Positions 28,880-42,562 of a stretch of DNA of 64,000 bases are shown here, in pieces. The notes beneath the pieces were generated by a model that was not told the DNA's origin, searched no databases, and saw only the letters and a program-made list of their open reading frames with translations. The translations under genes and the position numbers were made by a program. Each line of letters starts with the position of its first letter. The stretch's first letter is position 1. This stretch comes from Octopus vulgaris (lineage: Eukaryota). The DNA lies in NCBI GenBank assembly GCA_951406725.2, contig OX597825.1, positions 31,248,001 through 31,312,000 on the forward strand. The letters run 5' to 3'.

Positions 28880-29070
28880 AAGGGGTACAGGTATTAGTTC
28901 TCAGAGTTCTCTGCAGAATAGTGTTGCAGTAGCATCGACTCATCCATAATGGTCACACAGCCTGTTCATCTGAGTTGAGCCTTAAGGATCTTCTCTTTGA
29001 TGCATGTCATGTTGAATACATTTAGAATGAAGGAGATGACAATAAAGTCTTGCCAGTGAATTAATTTGTA
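28880..29070 (-). mobile_element. Old RTE-like LINE remnant
   Basis: Minus strand WQDFIV..MTCIKEKILKAQLR*TGCV.IMD resembles RTE WQD..(I)EA.LLKAQLRWAGHV.RM. Confidence 0.5.
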
Positions 29071-29531
29071 TTTCTCTGCATGAATATATATCATCATTTT
29101 CAGCATTATCACTGCCACTACCACCAAGATTTTACATCCATTTTTGATGTCGGAATAGGTTGGACAATTCACCACAGGCTGAGTTTAGTTCTTTGAATAA
29201 GAACTTGCTTCCCTCCTAGACAATTCAGAGGACCACATCTCACACATGCATTCTATGCTAGTTATGGTTTCTATAACTGAATGCCTTCGTTAACATCAGC
29301 CGCTTTACACAATGTTTTGGTGCATTTTATCATAGCACCAGCACTAGAGAGGTTTCTTTGTACTCTGCAGCACAAATGAGTCCTCTTTTCTCTACAATGT
29401 ATTTGTTCATTCAGAGTAATGTGATAAATAAAGTGAATAGAGGAGGGAGTGAGAGTGATAAATAGAAGAAAGTCAGTAATGCTCAGATGTAATGGAAGGG
29501 AAACATTAATGGTAAGTACATGTTTGCTAGT

Positions 29532-29562
<31 letters not shown>

Positions 29563-30341
29563 TGAGGGAGATAGTGAAAGTGTGAGTGAGAGAGAGCAAC
29601 TGATGGTCCAGATGTAGATATAACTCATCCATTTTGGTCTCAGTCACTCCCCACAACCCCATTTCAACATCTGTTTCATCATGCTTGCCCAGATTATGAG
29701 GTCTTCTCCAGTATTAGATACCACCATTTGTTACATGCAGATTTACTGTGTATAAGTGTGTGTGTGTATGATAGTACTGAACAGGGAGAATGAGTGATCA
29801 ACATTACATTTGGTGGATAAAAATATTCTTTATTTGTGGATTAGCAATGCTTCCAGTGGTTTCATATGGAAAGAACTTTCACAATCTTCAAGTGATCCAT
29901 TTAAAAATGCCAGTAATCTTCTTATTTTGGATAAGATGCCTCCATTTTTAAGAGAATCACTTACAGATTGTGAAAATTCTTTCCACATGAGACCATTCAT
30001 AATATTGTTAATCCACAAATAAAGTTTATATATATATATACACAGTGAATTTGAAAAATTATAACATATAATGATGAGACACGTGTTATTTTGTTTCTAA
30101 ATTATATGTTAATGTTATGGCACAGTTACTGATGAGAATTTCACCTAGTAAATTATTTTATTTGCTAAAATAATTCAAAATCTAGGTATAACTGTAAAAA
30201 AATAACAAGGTAAAAGTTTTAATTTTTCATTCCCTTTGAAAATTGCTCTTAAATGTGGTTTTGGTCGTTTTGGCTACTTCTTCTAGCATGTAAAATTACC
30301 TGTTATAGGTAGTTTCTCTTGTGTTTAAATGTACACCATTT

Positions 30342-30381
<40 letters not shown>

Positions 30382-30977
30382 AAATGAGATACTCAGAAAT
30401 TCGGATGGTTTTATATTTACAGATATTTATTTATATATTACATGTTTTTAAACATCATATAACTTATATCATATATCGTATATTAGCGCTTTCATCCATT
30501 CTGGTGGATTTTTCAAATTTTTCAAATATATATTTGAAAGTCTATGAGAATGACTTAATACATTCTGAGGAGTAAAGGTGATTTAAAATAAAAATTATTT
30601 TTTAAAAACATGTTACGAAATCTTTTATCAGGATGTCACTAACATTTTTGGGGGAAGAAGTTTTTTTCTAGTGTGTGAGCATTTTCATTTAACCCTTTCA
30701 AACGTGTGTGTGTCTGTGTGTTTACTAATGGTTTTCTGCAGTTTCTATCGACCAAATTTCACTCACAACACGAAGCAACAGTAAAAGCTACCACTTGTTC
30801 AAGATGCCGCACAAACAGATCAAACTTGGAAAACTTTATATTTAAATCGACAAATACAAACAGACATGTGTGTGCATTCGTGTGTGTGTGTGTGTGTGTA
30901 TGTTTATATCAATTTCACCACAATAACAACAATTTACAAAACTTGACCAATAGAGAGGAGTGTCCAAGGTGACTTAC

Positions 30978-31086
30978 CTGCAGACCACAACAACCGACAG
31001 CATTCATTATAGAGGCATTGTGGATAACGCGAGTTGGAATCCCTTCTTCTCTGGCCCTTAACATCAGGTCAGCATGGGTCGTTGCG
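30978..31086 (-). CDS. DPH5: DPH5 coding exon 4
   Basis: tctcag|(G)ATTHADLMLRAREEGIPTRVIHNASIMNAVGCCGLQ|gtaagt; 109 nt, phase 2 to 0; conserved ATTH.DL and HNASIMNAVGCCGLQ. Confidence 0.97.
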
Positions 31087-31503
31087 CTGAGACAGAAATA
31101 ATATCATCACCATCATCATTATCATCACCACCAACACCAACGCCACAAAGGAACAATAATATGCATAATGTGATACCCTCTCTCTCTCTCTCTAAATATA
31201 GAGACACAGAGAGATGATATCACAAAGTACAAGACACACAGAAAATGGAAGTTTTTGGCAAACAATGGCTAAGATAAGATATACTTGGTCACATATGCAA
31301 ATACACAGCCACTTGTTCACATGTTTCAATGAAAATATACATACATATGTGCACACATGCACACACAAACACACACATACACACATATATATACATACAC
31401 ACACATACATACACACACACACATACACACATATATACATATACATACACATATATGCATACATACATACACACACACACACACACATACATACATACAT
31501 ACA

Positions 31504-31534
<31 letters not shown>

Positions 31535-31960
31535 GTACGTACGTACATACATACATACATACATACATAACAACTGTTGCACATGTATGCATAAGCATCT
31601 CTATTTTGACCCTTGCTTTCTTTACAAGCCCAGCATCATCACTGTCATAATCCTTATCGTTTAACGTCCATTTTCCATGTTGGCATGGGTTGGACGGTTT
31701 GACTGAGGTCTGGAAACCCAGCAGCTGCACCAGGCTCAAATCTGATCTCACAATGTTCCTACAGCTGGATGCCCTTCCTAATGCCAACCACTCTGAGCAC
31801 CCACCAGCAGCTCCATTATTTCTTTTTGAAGGTAAAAATTGGATATTAACAATATAAAAGAAAAGAAATGGCATGAACAAGTAAGCAAATGTGAGTTGCA
31901 GATGCAGCTCCCTGGATCACTAATCCCATTTTTTCTTAAAAATGTAAACCTCACACTTAT

Positions 31961-32002
<42 letters not shown>

Positions 32003-32047
32003 TGTAAGCACAATGTTTGTCATGATGATGATGATGATATATTACAT

Positions 32048-32090
<43 letters not shown>

Positions 32091-32299
32091 TATATATCAT
32101 CATCATCATTCAACGCCCACTTTTCATGCTGGCATGGGTTAGACGGTTTGACTGATGACTGGTGAGCCAGATGGCTGCACCAGGCTCCTATCTGATCTGG
32201 CAGAGTTTCTACAGTTGGATGCCCTTCCTAATGCCAACCACTCCGAAAGTGTAGTGGGTGCTTTTACGTGCCACCAGTATGTGGGCCAGTCAGGTGGTA

Positions 32300-32354
<55 letters not shown>

Positions 32355-33601
32355 GAAAATAAACAAAAGAGGCAGGTGGAAAACAAACGAGTATTACTCA
32401 GGTAACAGGTTTTGTTGAATTTTCTGCTGCTTTAAATAAAGCATATTACTCTACCACTGGTATTTGAGTACTCTTTTTTCCACCTTGTTTCACATTTATG
32501 TGTTTACTCCGGTGTATATATATATATATATTATATACATATATGTAATGGCACTGGCTTTTCCATGTTCAATCCACCCCAGCATGAATCTATATTACTC
32601 TACCTCTCTTCCATCATGATTTCTGGGTTACAAGGGTTGGATAATCATCACTCTTCTCACTCACTTTTGTCCTCCTTCATTGAAACCCATCACTCTCTTT
32701 GTCACCCACCTTTATAACTATCCTTCAGCTCTTCACTCTTTCTCTCACATTACTCCATCTCTTGTCACTTTTTGAGAAAAATTAATCATTTTACATATTC
32801 TTGACTTGCGTCATTCTTCCCCCACATACATCACTCTACTTTTTATCAAACTTTCTCCCTACAACACGTACCTGCCCATCACCATCTCTCTCCCATTGCC
32901 CCTCTCTTCCTACACTTATGCTCTGTCTCAACCACCACACTCATACACATAGTCTTTCTTCTATTCTCCTTCTTAGTCACACTGTGAGGACTTTCAAATC
33001 TTGCATGAGACAAAACAACTCTCTTAAGGCTGGTGCTACAATAAAATACACCCACCACACACAGCAAAATAGTTGACAAACAAACACTCAAAATAGGGTT
33101 AAGATCACTTGTTAGTCTTGCCAAAGTCATGGAGACACTAGTGCTGGGGTCATAAAAAAATGCACTCTATAAAGTGCTTATGAAGAGTGTCTGGCTAAAG
33201 ACAACAAGCTGAAGTGAAGTACACAAGTGAGATATGGTCGTCCAACACATCTGGGAGAGCAGTATCTACAAATAAAAACTGACTCAGACTGTAACAACTC
33301 ATTCAACCCATACCAGCATGGAAAAGAGGATTACAAAAATACTAAAATATGTATATATTCTAGTGCCATTCAGTAAGAATGAACTTACGACCACATGGTT
33401 GGGAAGCAAGCTTCTTACAACACAGCCACAAAACTCAGAAAGTTGGGCCTCCAATCAGGCCTTTTGTGATATCCTTAAATCCAGGAAGTTTTCAGTATCC
33501 CCATGTATACATATACACACATGCATATATATATATGCTTATTGATCAGACCTCATATATATTTATGTGTATATATATATATATATATACACATAAATAT
33601 A

Positions 33602-34442
33602 TATGAGGTCTGATCAATAAGCATCCAGACTTGCCATAGTAACAAAGCTAAGGCATGTAAAGAGAAGCTGCTTAGCAAAGAGTGACCTTGAACTTTACTG
33701 TGCATATTCACTAAGTTTTAATGTTCTAGCTCACTTCTGATGTTACAGCAGTGCTTGGAAGGAAAGTGAGTAGCATGTGATTATTGCACTGGCCACGACA
33801 GAGAAAGTTGTCATGGAGATACCTGCTCAGAGGCCAACACAAAGTTACAGAAAGTGTATGGAGACAAGTGCATGAGCCACAATAAATGTACGAGTGGCTC
33901 AGATGTTTCCAAGTGACTGAAAAAATGTCAATATTGATGAATGTTCTGGCAGACTCACAACCAGCAGAACTGAGAAAAAGATCACTGATGTGCATGCAGC
34001 TGTGAGGGGAAATCGTCAAATCACCATCTGTGAGTTATCAGAGGATGTGCAGATTAGTTACAGTTCAGTTCAGTCCATTATCACTGAAGATTTCGGTATG
34101 AGATGTGTGACTGCCAAGTTTGTACCAAAACTGCTTTCAGCTGACCAAAAAGACACTCAGGTTTCAGTTGCACAAGACCATCTTAATTGTGTCAAGAACA
34201 ATGGAAACTTTTTGAAAACTTTGCTTAGGCCTCTGAGCAGGTATTGCCAAGTTTTGGCAAAATTTGATGCAGATTCTCAGTTCAACTTTCTCTGTCATGG
34301 TCAATGTGATGATCACACACTACACACATTCCTTCCAAGCATTGCTGTAAACAGCAGAGTTCAAGATCAAACAGATTTACTTGGTGTACTCTAGCTTCGT
34401 TACTAGGCCAACAGTCTGGATACCTATTGATCAGACCATATA
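33602..34442 (+). mobile_element. Mariner-family relic with foldback-like ends
   Basis: TIR TATGAGGTCTGATCAATAAG and inverse TATTGATCAGACCATA. ORF 33990-34394 NRQITICELSEDVQISYSSVQSII..AKFVPKLL is the mariner HTH/linker. Confidence 0.85.
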
Positions 34443-34525
34443 CTTATATATATACACACTACACATATATACGTACACACACACACACACACACATATAT
34501 ATTATAATCTGTTAACTTTACTCAC

Positions 34526-34589
34526 CCAAAAGGATCTCCAACAACAAGGAATGCAATGTCTTCTGTATAGGCATTTTGGAATAGAATAT
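34526..34589 (-). CDS. DPH5: DPH5 coding exon 3
   Basis: tttcag|(D)ILFQNAYTEDIAFLVVGDPF+GG|gtgagt; 64 nt, phase 1 to 2; contains the conserved AFLVVGDPFG motif. Confidence 0.96.
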
Positions 34590-34888
34590 CTGAAAAAAAT
34601 AAAAATTACTTTGTGTAATTATACTTGACATTCTACAAGATGTGATGGAAACTTATTAACTGTATCTTTCTTTTATGTCTAACTTGTTTCAGTCATTAGA
34701 CTGTGGCCATGTTGGGGCACCACCTTGAAAATTTTTAGTCAAAAAAATCACAATCAGTACTTATTTTTTTAAAGTTTGGTACTTATTCCATTGGTCTGTT
34801 TTTGCCAAACTGCTAAATCACAGGGACATAAACACACTAACACTGGTTGTCAAGCAGTGGTGGGGGCCAAACACACACACATACACAC

Positions 34889-34929
<41 letters not shown>

Positions 34930-35837
34930 ACGAGCTTCTTTCAATTTCCATCCACTAAATCCACTCACAAGAATTTGGTCAGCCTTGGGCTATAGTAGAA
35001 GACACTTCCCCAAGGTGGGACTGAACCCGGAACCATGTGCTTGAGAAGCATGCTTCTTACCACACAGCCACACCTGTACCTATCAATGACTGTAAATGCA
35101 GTTAGTCATGCTGTGAGAATTTACATGTCCTAAAAAGGAAGTCAATGAGAATGTGAGATAGACAACTAGTCTATTGCAACTTAAAGTGTTCTTCAAGTTT
35201 ATTCAGGTGCGCTATACCTGAGTTACATGTCAATGAGGAGTCATTATGTACTTGCTAAAATTAGCAACCAAATCACCTTCAAAGGAACAGGACACAATGT
35301 TTAATGTAGTCATGGATACAACGTGTCTAAAATGGTATGGGATGGGATGATCATGAGTGGAGACTCCTTGATTATAGGTTTGTTCAGTAAATCAGAGCTC
35401 AGCTGCAGCTTAACAATAACAACAACCTATGTCACAAGTTCAATGAATTTGTAGTAAATCCCTTTGAAAATATAAGCATTCTGCTATGTACAGGATCTGG
35501 TGACCCTTTCACAATAAACAGTCAATGTTTAAGACATTGAAGTGATTATTATCATTACATAAAGTGATTATTATCACTTTATGTAAATTAACAGCGTTTC
35601 GTATTAACATTTGTTTTATCATATTTCTATAGAAAAACACTGCCTTCATTTCAGTTAACTGTTAAGCAAATTTCTGAGCCTCTCAGCCTGAGCATAGCCT
35701 GCAACTTTGCAGCCAAATAAAACGGAATGGTCATGATTCCAATGATTATAGGTCAATAGGGTCATGGGTGACCGAGTCTAGCACTAAACAACAACAACAA
35801 CAATAGCAAATATTTGTTAAAATCAACACAAACTTAC

Positions 35838-35898
35838 CAGAATATTCTTCCACTGATTCTCGGTCAGCAAGCATAACTTCTCGACCATAGAATTTCTC
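35838..35898 (-). CDS. DPH5: DPH5 coding exon 2
   Basis: ttccag|EKFYGREVMLADRESVEEYS+G|gtaagt; 61 nt, phase 0 to 1; matches DPH5 EEFYGRK..ADRE.VE. Confidence 0.96.
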
Positions 35899-36027
35899 CT
35901 GGAAACAATAAAACAGCACTTGTAGATTTATGATAGCAACAGCAGAGTAGAACAGGATATCAGAAATATACAAGAGTACTGGTTAAAAAATTCCAACTGA
36001 TTATGATTTACCTATATTTACATACAT

Positions 36028-36082
<55 letters not shown>

Positions 36083-36091
36083 TAGATAGAT

Positions 36092-36270
<179 letters not shown>

Positions 36271-36475
36271 AGTTAATCCAAACATGAAAACACAAAGAGA
36301 AAACACAACAACGTGAGGACGTGGAACAAGTATAGTATTATTGGACGCTCAGGAAAGAAGGAAAGAAGGAGGATTTAATGTTTCGAGCGGAGCTCTTTGT
36401 CAGAAACATAGGAAGAGGAAAGATCCAAGGAAGGGAAGATGGAGGAAAAAAAATTGACAACGATACACACATGGT

Positions 36476-36514
<39 letters not shown>

Positions 36515-37029
36515 GTATAGGTAGATTATTCTCAGAGTGTGTGTATCTATTTCTGCTGTTTGGTATAGATTTCCTGTTAAGTCAATGCCTGATTATCTGT
36601 ATTTCCAACAGCAAGATTTTAAAACATCAAAGAAATATAAGCATATGTTGCATGGTAGAGAGAAAAATCAATACACAGGAGCTTTCATATTAAGTACCAT
36701 GTGGTATTTAATCTGCCAAAATTGAACCGAGACTTCCTTGTCACTCTCAGTATTAAATCTGAGATTAGAAATTCGTAAGAAATAATATTTGTTACATATA
36801 ATTATTGTCAGTCAATTAAGGTGGCGGACTGGCAGAATCATTAGCACATCAGATAAACTGCTTAGTAGCTTATATTTTGATGCCTTGTGTTCTGAGTTCA
36901 AATCCCACGAAGGTCAACTTTGCCTTTCAACCTTTCAGGGTCAATAAATAGAGTATCAAGACTTGTCCTGCCCTTTAAAATTGCTGGCCTTGTGCCAAAA
37001 TAGAAATAATTTTTGTCAGTAGATTATTT

Positions 37030-38240
37030 TGGGTTAATTTCTGCACACACGATTTGAACCAAGTTTGATGAACAAGAATAAACAATACGGCCCTGCTCGA
37101 TCTGTAAAAAAGGCATAGGTAGAAACTCCATCGAGATGTACCCAGTGTCAGCTTTGGACAACAAAAAGGTGCAGCAATATCAAAAGAAGGTTCACTGGGA
37201 AAATAGTTTTTGTGCATGGCAGATGCACAGGGACAATAAACACTGAAAATGTGCAGAAAATAGACTCTATCAACTGTCAGGAGGGCAAGCTAAAGGGAGT
37301 AGATAGCTTCTGTTATATAGGTGATCAAGTTAGTAGTGGATGGTGGTGCTTTGAGAGTGTATATGTGAGAATAAGAATAGGCTGGGCAAAGTTCAAGAGA
37401 GCTCCTACCTCTGCTGGCAACAAAGGGCCTCTATTTCAGAGTGAAATGCAGATTGTATGATGCCTGTGTGCAAACAGCTATGCTACATGGCAGTGAAACA
37501 TGAGCTGTGACAGCTGAGGACATGCATAGGCTTGAAAGAAATTAAGCCAGTATGCTTTCGCTGGATATGCAATGTCAGTGTGCATGTGTGACAGAGTGTA
37601 AGCATCTTGAGAGAAAAGTTAGGCATAAGAGGCATCAGATGTGGTGTGCAAGAGAGACAACTGCATTGGTATGATAATGTGATGTGTATGGACAAGGACA
37701 GCTGTGTAAAGTACTGATCTCTAATTGTGGAGAGAACCTGGGATAGAGGCAGACCCAAGGCAAATTGGCCAAGTTCCTTTCAAGTGTTGGGCCTCACAGA
37801 GGCAAAGTGGCCAAGTTCCTTTCAAGTGTTGGACCTCACAGAGGCAAAGTGGCCAAGTTCCTTTCAAGCGTTGGGCCTCCCAGGGGCAAATTGGCTAAGT
37901 TCCTTTCAAGTGCTGGGCCTCACTAAGGCAAAAGTAGCTGAGTTCCTTTTGAGCATTGGGCCTCATGGATACAAAGTGGCCAAGTTCCTTTCAAGTGTTG
38001 GGCCTCACAGAGGCAAAGTGGCCGAGTTCCTGTCAAATGTTGAGCCTCCCGGAGGCAAATTGGCCGAATTCCTTTTGTGTTGGGCCTCACAGAGGAAATG
38101 ACTGAGACCTTTGGCATTATGTCACGATTGAGAAGAAGGCCCATCAAGCTGAGCAAAATCACAGTCATGGCAGATACTGGTGTCACGCAAATGGCACCCA
38201 TGCTGATGGCATATAAAAGCACCCATTACACTCTTGGAGT
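37030..38240 (+). mobile_element. Degraded RTE-clade LINE 3' part with internal 42-bp tandem amplification
   Basis: Broken frames read VDSFCYIGD..RIRIGWAKF..RLYDACVQTAMLHGSET*A..MLRWICNVS..LREKLGIRGI..RQLHWY (RTE-BovB-like). Followed by a 3' UTR sharing the GGCA..TAAAAGCACCCA.TACACTCT motif with the many short RTE tails in the window. Confidence 0.8.
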
Positions 38241-38721
38241 GTAATGGATGCTTTTATTCTTCTAGAGTTGGCAAAATGAGAATCACCAGAGACAAAGTCA
38301 TTCAAGATCAAAGACAAATCATTTGGCTGAATTGCATTTAGTTATATTGCTTAATGTTTTAGTCTGGATGCTTTATCTAACCTCACCCACTTTATTTACT
38401 GTTTTTTGGAGGAAAGTAAATTATTATTAATAGGGGTTGGAGAGGGTTGGATTTTTTTTTTTAAATAAGAGTATGACTGATTTACTTGGATTGGATAATT
38501 ACTCTTTACTCTTTTACTTGTTTCAGTCATTTGACTGGCCATGCTGGAGCACCGCCTTTAGTTGAGCAAATCGATCCCAGGACTTATTCTCTGTAAGCCT
38601 AGTACTTATTCTGTCAGTCTCTTTTGCCGAACCGCTAAGTTACATGGACGTAAGCACACCAGCATCAGTTGTCAAGCGACGTTGGGGGTACAAACACAGA
38701 CACACAAACATATACACACAC

Positions 38722-38752
<31 letters not shown>

Positions 38753-40984
38753 CATATATACGACAGGCTTCTTTCAGTTTCTGTCTACCAAATCCACTCA
38801 CAAGGCTTTGGTCGGCCTGAAGCTATAGTAGAAGACACTTGCCCAAAGTGCCACACAGTGGGACTGAACCCAAAACCATGTGGTTGGTAAGCAAGCTACT
38901 TAACACACAGCCACTCCTACGCCTATTGATAACAAGGTAAGAGATTAACAGTGCATACCCTATTACATTTGGTCCCCAAGACAATATGGCCAAGGAAACC
39001 GGGAAACCGGCCCTTATGAGTCAGGCATGGCTTGAGAAGGAACAAAAATCATTTAAATGTAATTTAGTAGATTTATGATCAAAAGTACTTAAACTATGAC
39101 CCTCTTATCATTATTTTCCACATATCATCATCACCATTAATTTCCTGTTTGCTTTTTCTATGTAGTACCATATTATCTAATGAATCCTTATATATATTTT
39201 TTAAAAGTAAACTGAGACGTGAGAGCTACTTCACTGCTATTTCTAGCAAGTTGAGTGACTCAAAGGAGGTTCCCTTATTGCCTTATCCTTTTGAGGTTAG
39301 AACAGCTTAGGGATGAGTGTGCTCCACCAGGCGGATTTTTCCAAGTTACCCTACACTACAACAAAATCTGCAGTGATTAAGAAGATTATAGGACTCAGCC
39401 CAACCAATATTACTACTACAACCACCCTAACCCCTACTGCTGCATTGTGTTTTAGATCATTTGGAAGGTTCCCAGGCTTGCCTAATGGCCCTCATCAATT
39501 CATAAAAGCACTCCTTTTTTGCAATGTTTGTTGATAGATCATGAGAAGATAAACAAACATTGGAAATGAAAGGAGCTAACTGTATCATGCAACGCTGCAC
39601 TGGATTACCTTTCTCAAGAGACAACATTATCTCTTGACTTATTACACCACAATTATGCAATATTTCAAGTCAAGTGCAAGAGTACTTATTATCAGTTAAT
39701 ACTCATGCCCTGTTCACCCACACACGTACACTTGTTAATCTTTCCCCAAACATTATCAGTTGACTCACCCTCAGGGAACATGCTTGTGAGCAAAAACGCA
39801 AAAAAAAAAAACAAAGCCAAAAGAGGGCACAATTTATTGGTTAAATCTATTCACGTAGTTGAATGTAATTCGGTAAGTTCCTGTTTGGCTTAAAATGTAA
39901 GTTTCCATCTGCTTCTATATGGGTCTGTTTCAATTCTTAGTTATAAGAATTACTGTGTGGTTATGATGTCAGCTTCATAACAATGTGTTATCAAGTTCAA
40001 TCTTACTATGATGTACCTTAGCAGTATCTTTTGGCACATTCTTGAGTAAACCAATACTTCGTGAAAATTGGTTGATGAAACTGTACAGAAGCCTGTCATA
40101 TATATAATATATACTCTTTTACTCTTTTACTTGTTTCAGTCATTTGACTGAGGCCATGCTGGAGCACTGCCTTTAGTCGACCCCAGGACTTATTCTTTGG
40201 AAGCCTAGTACTTATTCTATTGGTCTCTTTTGCCGAACCACTAAGTTATGGGAACGTAAACACACCAGCATCGATTGTCAAGCGATGTTGGGGGGACAAA
40301 CACAGACACACAAAAACATATACACACACATATATATATATATATACATGTGCGTTAGGAAGGGCATCCTTTGGCATTAGGAAGGGCATCCTTTGGCGTT
40401 AGGAAGGGCATCCAGCCATAGAAATACTGCCAGATCAGACTGGGCCTGATGCAGCCTTCTGGCTTCACAGACCCCAGTTGAACCGTCCAACCCATGCTAG
40501 CATGGAAAGCGGATGCTAAATGGTGATGATAATGATGGTGATGTATACAACGGGCTTTTTTCAGTTTCTGTCTACCAAATCCACTCACAAAAATCCTTTA
40601 ATGCATGTTTTCCATGCTGACATGGGTTGGACTATATAGGTATATACGTATATATATGTGTGTGTAAACATACACACACTCACACACACATATATATATT
40701 TTTTTTTTTTATGTGTCACCTGCACACCAGCACAAGTGCCAGTAAGGTAATAGCTAGTTGTAAAATCTCAAGAAGAGATAGAGTAGTAACTATACAAAGA
40801 AGTTTCAAGCTGAGTCAGTCTCACGATCCTGTTATCTGTTAGAAGGTGGTAGAAGGTTCGCTCCTGCTGCTATAAAGGGTGCAGAGTCACACCAATAACC
40901 AGCTGGCATAGAATCTGCCTGGGGTTAAACTAGTAATAACAGGAAACAGCCACTTTGATGTGGCAACTGTCTTTACTTTTTATA

Positions 40985-42292
40985 TACTGGGTCATCCCAT
41001 AAATAATGCGGTTTTTTCCAATTGTCAGAGGGGAGACAGGATAAACTACCTGCATCAACTTGCTATAAAAGCAGGAAGTGATTTTACCTTGTTCTTATTC
41101 TTTGTGCAAGTTTTGAAGAGTGCAGTTTGATTTTAACAGTTATTTTTTCAAAGCTATAATGGAAGTGACAAAGAAGCATATTCGGCATATTTTGCTTTAT
41201 GAGTTCAATAAAGGCAACAACGCAATGAAAAGTGGGATGAATATTAATGCAGTGTATGGGGATTGGACAATAAGTGTAACCTAGTGTCAATGGCAGTTCC
41301 AGAAATTCTGAACCAGAAACTACAGCCTTGAAGATGAGCTTTGTCCTGGAAGATCTGTAGAGCTCAACAAGGGTGCCCTGCAAACCTTGGTGGAACAAAA
41401 TTGTAACTGGGAACTAGCAGGGAAGCTTGCATTTAGTCATCCAACCAGTCATTCAAGCTGGAGATAGAAGAAAAACGACCATCTTTTGTTTCAAGATAAA
41501 AGGTGTTCTTCCATCAGGATAATGTTCGGCTACATACAGTAAGGATGACATTCCCAAGGCTGGGGCAGTTTGAATGGGAAACGATGCCCCACCTACCATG
41601 TTCACTGAACATTGCCCCATCTGCTTATTGTTTATTCCCCAGTCTTCAAAATGATTTGGATGGAAAAAAATATGAAATCTGTAGACGAGGTCAGAACAGT
41701 AGTGGAGGAGTATTTTTCGCCACGGACAAATGAATTTTGGAAGACAGGCCTTGCAAGTCCACCAGATAGATGGAAGAGCATTGTAGAAAATGAAGGAGTG
41801 GCTGTGTGGTAAAAACTTTGCTCCCCAACCACATGGTTCTGGGTTCAGCCCCACTGCATGGTACCTTGGGCATGTGTCTTCTACTATAGCCACAGGCTAA
41901 CCAAAGCTTTGTGAGTGGATTTGGTAGATGGAAACTGAAAGAAGCCCATTGTATATATGTGTGTGTGTGTGTGTGTATGTGCATGTATTTGTGTGTCTGT
42001 ATTGTCCCCCACCCACCCGGCGTTGCTTGATGACTGATGTTGGTGAGTTTATGTCCCCATAACTTAGTGGTTCAACAAAAGTGTCTGATAGAATAGTACT
42101 TGGCTCACAAAGAATAAGTCCTGAATTTGATTTGTTCAACTAAAAGTGGTGCTCCAGTATGGCCACAGTCAAACGACTGAAACAAGTAAAAGAAAGAGTA
42201 TGTTTTAGATTAAAAAAGAACTTTGTTTATCTTAATTTGGGAAAATAAAAGAACTATAAAAAAAACTGCATTATTTATGGGATGACCCAATA
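40985..42292 (+). mobile_element. Mariner DNA transposon relic with both TIRs, interrupted by a SINE
   Basis: TIR TACTGGGTCATCCCATAAATAATGC and its inverse GCATTATTTATGGGATGACCCAATA. Transposase pieces HIRHILLYEFNKG..FQKF..SLEDE..GRS and FHQDNVRLHT..PHLPCSLNIAPSAYCLF (HDNARPH / YSPDLAPSDY motifs). Confidence 0.9.
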
Positions 42293-42300
42293 TGTATGTA

Positions 42301-42339
<39 letters not shown>

Positions 42340-42344
<5 letters not shown>

Positions 42345-42562
42345 GGGGTGTTGAAAGGTTACTGTCTTTAAGGGTATCATGGAAGGCCTGGCTGGAATCC
42401 CAACTTTCTGACTTCTTTTATAGGGCTTTGAAAAACTGAAGGACTGCTGCAATAAGTGTGTGTGAATCTGAGAAGGGGAATATGTTGAATACAATCATAA
42501 TTAACTGATCTTCCTGTATTTTCTTTTACCCAAAACCAGGAACATTTCAGCACTCCCACGTG
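42340..42562 (+). mobile_element. Mariner-derived MITE
   Basis: TA-flanked TIR GAGGGGGTGTTGAAAGGTT..CCAGGAACATTTCAGCACTCCCACG. Internal remnant of the mariner C-terminus (EKL..KCV..GEYVE). A related fragment lies inverted at ~33435-33502. Confidence 0.65.

Noticed and set aside
39313-39660. Small ORFs (KKECFYELMRAIRQAWEPSK)
   Set aside because: At best a faint LINE endonuclease remnant; not enough evidence to call.
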